DNA of 64,000 nucleotides from an uncultured Gammaproteobacteria bacterium (GTDB lineage Bacteria; Patescibacteriota; Patescibacteriia; Magasanikbacterales; UBA922): NCBI GenBank assembly GCA_964550845.1, contig CAZKAD010000001.1, positions 21,342 to 85,341 of the forward strand, read 5' to 3'. Shown piece by piece: positions 57,049 to 64,000 of this stretch (position 1 is its first letter; each line of letters starts with the position of its first letter). The notes under the pieces were generated by a model. It saw only the letters and a program-made list of their open reading frames with translations, ran no database searches and was not told where the DNA came from. The position numbers and the translations under genes were made by a program.

Positions 57049-57642
57049 CTATACCGAGTTCTTTGGTTGGTAAAATTCATAGAACTGATCTACAATTCGA
57101 TCAGGAAGATATCCATAATTTTCTTCCCAGTAATAGAGTAAGATAGCAATATCATCACTATCTTTGACAGCATAAAGGGGAGCAATATGACTTACTGCGA
57201 GCTCACCTCCGAAATATTCTTCAGTCAATTGCAAAATTTTCTTGTGTTCTGGTGAAAGAAGTTTGCGTGGCATTTCTAAGAGATCTTTTCGATCGGCGCC
57301 GGAAGGTTGTTCAAATGCTTTATTGAACAAAGAGATATCAATTGGTTGGAGACTAAAAAAGGAAATAAATTCCATCAACTTGGCAATAAATTTCTTCTTC
57401 GAGACTCCATAGGCTTCAGGCGTTTGAAGCATGGCATCGACAAGTTGGGTGGAATCTTTGTTCTCCTTCCATTGTTCAAGAAGAATCTTTCGAATTGTAT
57501 CTTCTCGTTCACCACATTTGAGTTTGGTCGCGATTTTCTCGGAGAGAATTCGGTCACCTTGATGAATCAATTCTTCAACCATTAGCTTGCGGATCCGTTT
57601 TTTTGCCTCATATTCTTCGAGAGATTCCTCGGCCTCGGACAT
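57049..57642 (-). CDS. hypothetical protein (197 aa)
   Basis: ATG ORF between two hairpin/promoter regions. Confidence 0.5.
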   Translation of the reverse strand: MSEAEESLEEYEAKKRIRKLMVEELIHQGDRILSEKIATKLKCGEREDTIRKILLEQWKENKDSTQLVDAMLQTPEAYGVSKKKFIAKLMEFISFFSLQPIDISLFNKAFEQPSGADRKDLLEMPRKLLSPEHKKILQLTEEYFGGELAVSHIAPLYAVKDSDDIAILLYYWEENYGYLPDRIVDQFYEFYQPKNSV

Positions 57643-57746
57643 TTTGTTTTCTTTCCAACCTATCGAGAAAAAATCATTTTTGATACTTCGTCACGAAAAT
57701 TGATTTTTCAATCTTAAAAAATCTATCACTGCATCACAGTTCAAAA

Positions 57747-59537
57747 ATGGAACAAAAATATTCCCTTGAGGCTAAATATTCATTTGAAGGTGTTTCTCGT
57801 GATGAAATTTTGAAGGCGTACAAAGATAAGCTGGCCGAACAGCCAGCTGAATCGAAGATACCTCTCTTTTATCATCAATTGTACAATATCCGACAAATGC
57901 GCGAGCGAGAAAAGTCACTCTGCATCCCACTGAGTAATGATGACACTGTTCAATCGAGAGTTGGAATTTTGGGAGATCCTCCTGGAACCGGCAAGACGAA
58001 GACTGCAATTTTTGCAATCAAACAGTCTGGTCTCGATTGGCCAAAAACACCCTTCTACACGCAAACAATCCAAGTTTGTTCAAATATTGATGGCAACATC
58101 CGCATTGAACGAAAAGAAAGTTTCATTCGAACTCAGACGACCTGTATTATTACCAATGCGAGTATTTTGAATCAGTGGTTGGAAGAGTTGGTTCTTGCGA
58201 ATATCTCTTACAAAGCGATTCGCAATCATGCTGATTTTCAAACAGATGAAGTGTTTCGATATGAAGTGGTTGTCTGCGTTGATACGATGTATAACGATTT
58301 TGCTGCAAAGTTTCACACTCATGCTTTCAAAGCAATGTACTTCGATGAAATGGATAGCACCTATATTCCAAACATGGAAAGAATGGTGGCTGGATTTTAC
58401 TGGCTCATTTCAGCAACTTTTTCAACTGTGCTTGAGAAGGTCCTTCGTTCGAGAAATCTTCATTTTATGAAGCGATTGTTCAATGAAATTTTGAGCGATA
58501 CTTATTCACAAGAAGATTTGCTAAATGCAATTACGATTCTCTCTCCCGAAGATCTTCGAGATTTGAATCCATTGCCAGATTGTGCATACGTTTTTAACTA
58601 TGAAAATGAAGGATATCATCTTACTCAAGCTCTTTATCCTTTCTTGGACAAAGAGATCATTTCTATGATTGAAAGTGGGGATGTTTGGAATGTACCACAA
58701 AAAATTATTCGAGATACCGAACTTGAAAACTTGTATTCGGTATTGGTCGAAAAAATCGGTCAACAACTTCTTGAAACTGAAGAGAAGATGGCAAAGTATG
58801 CTGGTAAGAGCCTTGCCAAAAAGACCTACGAAGAATGGGTCAAACGAAATCAAATTGTAATCCGAAAGAGAAATCTTCTCTCCGAACTTATCCAGAAAGC
58901 AATGGAAAAACCATGCCCGACTTGTGGTGGGATTATGATTGAACCTCAATTGGCTCTTTGTTGCTATGCCAATGTTTGCTTGAAATGTGCAAAAGGAATG
59001 CACAAAGAAGACTGTAAGATGTGCAAGAAGAAATTCGTTCCCATCCCATTTTTTGAAGCAAAAGAAGATAAAGAAAAATATTGCCCATGTCAAGAAGGTG
59101 TATCAGAGGATGCAAATCTATCGACCAATATTCACCAACCGAAAACCAAGTTGGATCAGGTTCGAGAAATCTTAAAGCAAGGACAGAAAATTTTAATTTT
59201 TGCTTCCTCCAATGGATCGTTTGAAACTTTGACCAAGACGATTGTAGAGATTGGAAAGAAATCTCTTCTCTTCACTGGATCAAATGCAACTCGTGAAAAG
59301 TTACTCTCACAATTTAAATCTGGTAAAGTCGATTGTCTGATCATGAAAGATCAGAAAAATAGTGCTGGAATGAATCTCCAGTGTACGACAGATATTATCA
59401 TTTGGAATTACATGCCACCAGCGTTTGAAAGACAAGCTATCGGTCGAGCTGTTCGACCTGGTCTTGATCATGATGTCAAAATTCACCGATTCAGTCTCCA
59501 AGTCAAGTTCTTTAACGAGTCCCTTGAGGACGTTTAA
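57747..59537 (+). CDS. SNF2-family helicase-like ATPase with embedded RING-type zinc finger
   Basis: Walker A GDPPGTGKTKT, motif II FDEMD, RING-like CPTCGG...CCYANVCLKCAKGMHKEDCKMCKK, motif VI QAIGRAVRPG. The last 8 codons and the stop are encoded by the 22-bp repeat. Confidence 0.75.
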   Translation: MEQKYSLEAKYSFEGVSRDEILKAYKDKLAEQPAESKIPLFYHQLYNIRQMREREKSLCIPLSNDDTVQSRVGILGDPPGTGKTKTAIFAIKQSGLDWPKTPFYTQTIQVCSNIDGNIRIERKESFIRTQTTCIITNASILNQWLEELVLANISYKAIRNHADFQTDEVFRYEVVVCVDTMYNDFAAKFHTHAFKAMYFDEMDSTYIPNMERMVAGFYWLISATFSTVLEKVLRSRNLHFMKRLFNEILSDTYSQEDLLNAITILSPEDLRDLNPLPDCAYVFNYENEGYHLTQALYPFLDKEIISMIESGDVWNVPQKIIRDTELENLYSVLVEKIGQQLLETEEKMAKYAGKSLAKKTYEEWVKRNQIVIRKRNLLSELIQKAMEKPCPTCGGIMIEPQLALCCYANVCLKCAKGMHKEDCKMCKKKFVPIPFFEAKEDKEKYCPCQEGVSEDANLSTNIHQPKTKLDQVREILKQGQKILIFASSNGSFETLTKTIVEIGKKSLLFTGSNATREKLLSQFKSGKVDCLIMKDQKNSAGMNLQCTTDIIIWNYMPPAFERQAIGRAVRPGLDHDVKIHRFSLQVKFFNESLEDV

Positions 59538-59576
59538 CGAGTCCCTTGAGGACGTTTAACGAGTCCCTCGAGGACG
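59511..59576. repeat. 3 x 22-bp tandem repeat TTTAACGAGTCCCTTGAGGACG
   Basis: Starts inside the CDS and supplies its TAA. Units contain GTCC-cttga-GGAC. Confidence 0.9.
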
Positions 59577-59589
59577 TAGAAAGAAACTC

Positions 59590-59615
59590 AATAAATTCTC
59601 CTCGGAGAATTTATT
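59590..59615. terminator. hairpin AATAAATTCTCC-TC-GGAGAATTTATT
   Basis: Perfect 12-bp stem between convergent genes. Confidence 0.6.
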
Positions 59616-59622
59616 ATTCTTA

Positions 59623-62600
59623 TTATCCAAGAATTGCATTATAATACAACACATTATCTTGTTTCCAGACAAGGATGTTCGGCTTACCTTCAGAAAGCAG
59701 TTCAAGTTTATCAGGATTGATAAATACCATAATCACAATTGGCGCTTGGTCGTCCTTCCATTGTCGATAAATTGCAATCGCATTTTCATAAGAGTATGCT
59801 GGCTGACAGAGAAATTTACCCACATTTGTTTCAAGAAGATACACACCTCCGAGATATTTTGGAAAGTTAGACATCTTAATTTTTGATGACTCCGAATCGG
59901 ACCAGTCAAGTAGCTCGGAACCATCTGAAAAAAGAACCGCATTAACATCAACGTTTGTTTTCAAAAAGTCCGATTTTTCAAGGAAAAAATTCTTAAAGAA
60001 GACTTGGTGTCTGTAATTAATCACATTCGACATATTTCGAAGCATGCACAAATAGAGATGGTAGCGAATACCAGGAATTAAGTTTTCAGAATTCAAGATA
60101 AGTTTTCCATCTTTTAGCCAAGAAGATTTCTCAAACTTTCTCTGGAGTGGAGGGTAAGTAAAAGGAAGTTTCTCAGGGATGATAATCTTCTCGGCGAAAA
60201 ATCGATCAAGAGCTTTTTCATCATATGACAACTTCTGTTCAAAACAAAACTTGCTAAAAGTGTATAAAGCGTGTTCAGAGAGAAGTCTTGCTGTTCTCTT
60301 TGCTTGAATAGTTGACATATAATTACTTCGTTGATCAATCTTAATTGGAAAGTAATAAATATAACCTTCCTTTGTTTCGATGTAAATATAGCCATTTTCT
60401 TCGCGAAGAATTTTCCATCCTTTTTCCGAGATATATTCTCGGATCAATTCAATTTCATTATTTGAATATGAAGTTAATCTGGGAACATGGAGAATAGGCA
60501 TTGGCCCGCAGAGCATGTTAATTTTTTTATTCTTATATTGAATCTGCACTCCTCTCATCTTTCCAAAATCATCAATGAACTGGCCAATAATTCCAGATGG
60601 AAGTTGATCTTCACTTGAAGGCAATTTGTAGGGATTATCAATCAAATGGAAAGAGACAATCTTTCGTTGGGCATTTTCGAGAATTGCTGTAATTTCCTTT
60701 GAAAATAAAGCCATCTGGGAAGATTTATCTCCAGCAACAATCAATTCGCATTGGGGATATTCGGCCACATCAGATTCAGTGCCTGAATGTTCAAGAATTA
60801 CCACAGCAGGTTTGGTTTTTGGAAATGATGTATAGAAGTGTTCGTAATAAGGTAGAACAAGCTTAGCTTCGTTTCCTTCACGAGTAAAGATAAAAATCGA
60901 ACAATCGAACAATTCTTCGGCCGAACGGAGATATTTTCTTGGATCAAGATAAGTTTTCGAATCAATCTCTTGTTGTAATTCTGGAATAGTCTGTCGAAAA
61001 TTTGACTGACGATCAAACAATAAAATTTGATCAGTTAACATTGATCGAGAAAAATTCTTTTGTGTCGCCTTTGCCACAGCATGGAAAAAGACATGATGAG
61101 AACGTGTTACTCCTTTACGGAAAAACGATATCTCAACTGGAATAGTCAGCTTGAAGAAATTTGCAATTTCATTCGGTAGATATCCAAGCTCATTTTCAAG
61201 TAAAATTTTCGGTGTCTTCAAAATGTGTGTAAATACTTTCTCATCTTCACGAGTGATATTTTGATAGTATGCAATCATATTCTTTTTTCCAATCTGAGAA
61301 GTTTTGTAACAACAAGGTAAATAAGGAAAATCATTCGAGTTGGCAAGATTACTCTTTTTCAACCCTGGATAGCCTTCTTCACAAACGAACCAATTTTGAG
61401 GCCCTTCTTCTTTTGACTTTGGAAATAAGATTGCTTCTCTATACGTTGGATGTCCGACAATATAGCTGCCTTGATATGGCTCAGGTGGTAAATCTTTAAG
61501 TAGAATAGGTGGATGTTGACAGCTACGAGGATATCCAGATTGGAAAATTGAAGGTAATAAATCTTGTAGACGATTTCCACCAACTTTAACAGTATCAAGT
61601 TCCTTTTTGAATTCGAATGATTCTGGAAGATATTTCTGATAAAATGCAACCATCCCTGGCTCTTCTTGATTGTAGATAGTAAACATTTTACCAATAAATC
61701 TCATCAGATCTTCTGCGATTTTTTGATTTGGCGCATGATTAACTCTTACCTTAACATAAATCGAATTGACTGGAAAATTGAGCTGATCTTTTTGGAAATC
61801 TTTCGCATCTGAAATACCCTCAATCATACTGACGGTAATTTTCTGAGGTAAATTTAAAGGATGGTAGAAAAAACTCAGTCCAGTACGGAATCTTCCAAGT
61901 CTTGCCGATTCATCTGAATAACACATACTCGACAAAAGAGGATTGTTCATAATCAAATCACGGAACAAGACTGAAGAAAATCTTTGTGATGGAACATAGA
62001 ATACAGAGTTGAGACTTTTCTCTTTGATTTGTTTAAAGTCGGGAGGAGTTAAATTGAAACATTCAAAAATTCGCTTGATCAAGAATTGGCTATTTGATTG
62101 AGCTTCAATTGGAGTCTCTAAAGAGATTTTGTAAACTCCATCCTCAATGTTAATAATACCTTCTGAATAATGTTTATCGTAATCATTTCCACTTTCTGTG
62201 TGACGTATGAAAAATCTTAACATATCAGGTAAACTCCCAGTCCATTCTTCCGGAATATTTTTTAGACTTTGATGAGCCTTATGGAAATTTTGAATATTCA
62301 AGTAGGGGATAAAATTGGATACTTTACAGAGATCAAAAAGTTCCATCAGATCATAGTCTGTCGAAAATGGAACTTCAACAGTAATTTTAGTGATTGCGAA
62401 TCGAGTGGTGATGACTGATTTCATTTGATTGAAATCATCAAACTTTGCTTCTAATATTGACTGTTCTTGAAGAAAAGAAGTAATTTCATTCTTAATTGGT
62501 TTTCCTTCACGGAGAAATTCTTCAATCGAATAATTTCCTAGCAAGTCAGCGTATACAATATTAATTACATCTTCAAAATCTCTTTCAAATCCTCCTTTGA

Positions 62601-62892
62601 GTGAAATCAGTCGGAGCCATTCACGAAAAATTTCTTCTCTTGAATAACCAAGCTGAACCCGTAATGAACTTGGAAGTGTATCATAAAATGCGAACTTTGA
62701 TGTTTCAACTCCTTGAAGAATTGATTGATAAAAGTCGACTGCATTAATATCGGTTTTCTCGTCAAGTTCCAGCCCAGATGGAAATAAGAGTAGTTTTGGA
62801 TGAGTCTTGAGTCGAAGGGCAATTCGAGCAAGAATCATTTCCTTGGTATCATCTGCTCGAAGCTGAAATGGTTGACCATTCAAAAGGACCAT
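59623..62892 (-). CDS. large hypothetical protein (about 1089 aa)
   Basis: Long ORF with no recognised motifs. ATG 62892 chosen because a minus-strand AAATTGA sits at 62931-62937 and a hairpin at 62937-62955 lies upstream of it. Confidence 0.6.
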   Translation of the reverse strand: MVLLNGQPFQLRADDTKEMILARIALRLKTHPKLLLFPSGLELDEKTDINAVDFYQSILQGVETSKFAFYDTLPSSLRVQLGYSREEIFREWLRLISLKGGFERDFEDVINIVYADLLGNYSIEEFLREGKPIKNEITSFLQEQSILEAKFDDFNQMKSVITTRFAITKITVEVPFSTDYDLMELFDLCKVSNFIPYLNIQNFHKAHQSLKNIPEEWTGSLPDMLRFFIRHTESGNDYDKHYSEGIINIEDGVYKISLETPIEAQSNSQFLIKRIFECFNLTPPDFKQIKEKSLNSVFYVPSQRFSSVLFRDLIMNNPLLSSMCYSDESARLGRFRTGLSFFYHPLNLPQKITVSMIEGISDAKDFQKDQLNFPVNSIYVKVRVNHAPNQKIAEDLMRFIGKMFTIYNQEEPGMVAFYQKYLPESFEFKKELDTVKVGGNRLQDLLPSIFQSGYPRSCQHPPILLKDLPPEPYQGSYIVGHPTYREAILFPKSKEEGPQNWFVCEEGYPGLKKSNLANSNDFPYLPCCYKTSQIGKKNMIAYYQNITREDEKVFTHILKTPKILLENELGYLPNEIANFFKLTIPVEISFFRKGVTRSHHVFFHAVAKATQKNFSRSMLTDQILLFDRQSNFRQTIPELQQEIDSKTYLDPRKYLRSAEELFDCSIFIFTREGNEAKLVLPYYEHFYTSFPKTKPAVVILEHSGTESDVAEYPQCELIVAGDKSSQMALFSKEITAILENAQRKIVSFHLIDNPYKLPSSEDQLPSGIIGQFIDDFGKMRGVQIQYKNKKINMLCGPMPILHVPRLTSYSNNEIELIREYISEKGWKILREENGYIYIETKEGYIYYFPIKIDQRSNYMSTIQAKRTARLLSEHALYTFSKFCFEQKLSYDEKALDRFFAEKIIIPEKLPFTYPPLQRKFEKSSWLKDGKLILNSENLIPGIRYHLYLCMLRNMSNVINYRHQVFFKNFFLEKSDFLKTNVDVNAVLFSDGSELLDWSDSESSKIKMSNFPKYLGGVYLLETNVGKFLCQPAYSYENAIAIYRQWKDDQAPIVIMVFINPDKLELLSEGKPNILVWKQDNVLYYNAILG

Positions 62893-62975
62893 TTGACTTT
62901 TTGTGGAAGGAAAAAAGAGAAAAAGATAAATCAATTTCATTCTTCGAGAAGAATCAAAAAGTGGAATTATTTCGC

Positions 62976-63767
62976 TCAAACCAATTCTGGTTGTGAAAAA
63001 GACCAAATTAAACCGAGCAATCTTGGATCATATAGATCAGTTAACAAAAAATTGTACCACGGCGAAGCTGGTTTCAAACCATAAAAAATAAGAATTAAGA
63101 AAGTCTGGGAAAGCTCATACACGCCGTAATTCCGAATTGGTATCAACAAATTTGGCGCTGGATTTTTTCTATGAATTAAAAAGTAGAATAGATGACGTAA
63201 AGTTTTATATCTTCTTTCATATCGTTTACACTTTAGACAAGAATAATTCCATTGTATGAGTGTATATATAACGGTTTTAACATTATACTTTGTAGATGAA
63301 TTAAAAAAGTTAAATAATTGGCAATATCCATTAATATGATAAAAATTAACTTTACATTGATCAAGTGGGATTCGATTAATAACACAATGTACCTGGAAAT
63401 TTCCCTCGGCTTGAGTAAAATGATTTATTGGAACTTGATCCAAGACCTGTAATCGATGATAGATTTTTCGAGGTGTATTCAAATTGATTGTAAATTTGTG
63501 ATGGTTTGCGATAAGTTGCAATTTTTTTGCAATCTCCCGTTCAAGTTGAATAAGTTTTCGAGACGGAGCAGTCGGTAATCGAATATATATGCTACATACT
63601 TTTGGTTTGACATTGCTAATAAAAGTATTAAACGGAGAAGATGGTACAAAACCTTCATAATCATAAAAAATATTTATTACAAGTGGCATATAGGGATCAA
63701 ATTTTCTTTCATCAATTTGAGGGACAAAAAGATTCCATTTCGAAATTAATTCATCATCGTCGTTCAT
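62976..63767 (-). CDS. LYDPRLL-tail family protein (LIW subtype)
   Basis: C-terminal FLLTDLYDPRLLGLIWSFSQ. The track ORF started at TTG 63821. Confidence 0.55.
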   Translation of the reverse strand: MNDDDELISKWNLFVPQIDERKFDPYMPLVINIFYDYEGFVPSSPFNTFISNVKPKVCSIYIRLPTAPSRKLIQLEREIAKKLQLIANHHKFTINLNTPRKIYHRLQVLDQVPINHFTQAEGNFQVHCVINRIPLDQCKVNFYHINGYCQLFNFFNSSTKYNVKTVIYTLIQWNYSCLKCKRYERRYKTLRHLFYFLIHRKNPAPNLLIPIRNYGVYELSQTFLILIFYGLKPASPWYNFLLTDLYDPRLLGLIWSFSQPELV

Positions 63768-64000
63768 AACGAATATATTTCTATCTCTTCGATTAAATGA
63801 GAGATCATTTTTATTGCTCAAGTTTAAGAGTGAGAAGTTGAGGCAATTGAACTAACGCAGTCCATGAATAACTTTGTTGACAATGAATGGTTCGTTGACG
63901 TTGTTTCATCTTTTGATCCCGCGCAATAATTAATTCAGCCCATTCTTGGGTAATATTCATATCTTCAATTAAATCAAAGGTTGGAATCAGACCCAAATGA

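Noticed and set aside
63811-63996. Minus-strand ORF at the window edge
   Set aside because: The track start is TTG. The first ATG leaves only about 50 codons, and the sequence may continue beyond the window.
1-64000. Possibility that the window is from a compact cellular eukaryote (microsporidian or nucleomorph) because of kinesin, Atg8, DUSP and kinases
   Set aside because: A single-polypeptide triphosphatase-GTase-MTase capping enzyme, pervasive AAAATTGA promoters with 3' palindromes, and total absence of introns point to a mimivirus-like virus.

Overview
This is about 64 kb of AT-rich (~35% GC), intron-less, tightly packed DNA with about 65 protein genes on both strands. It looks like a giant virus of the Mimiviridae/Imitervirales lineage. 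The AAAATTGA early-promoter octamer (or a 7/8 variant) sits 30-90 nt upstream of many start codons, and perfect 8-13 bp palindromic hairpins sit at most gene 3' ends (the mimivirus 'hairpin rule'). The core set is viral: DNA polymerase B, the N-terminal two-thirds of RNA polymerase subunit RPB1, a trifunctional mRNA capping enzyme, RNR small subunit, FEN1-like nuclease, RNase H1, Nudix decapping-like hydrolase and an SNF2 helicase. Unusual content includes a kinesin motor gene interrupted by a 159-aa mini-intein inside its P-loop, a clear Atg8/LC3 homolog, a MESH1-like HD-domain (p)ppGpp-hydrolase homolog, six protein-kinase-like genes, and a resolvase-type serine recombinase. The recombinase lies immediately upstream of a tandem array of 10 paralogous genes sharing a conserved C-terminal FLT(R/K)ELYDPRLL block, with three more dispersed copies. 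One array member and a DHH/DHHA1 phosphoesterase gene are frameshifted by short tandem duplications. A dispersed family of ~22-bp tandem repeats with a TTAAAC core plus a small GC-clamped hairpin occurs at about 12 intergenic loci and often supplies the stop codon. Two genes are compositionally aberrant (GC-rich). Coordinates are approximate to a few nucleotides. The ORF track uses GTG/TTG starts, so CDS starts were moved to the first in-frame ATG.
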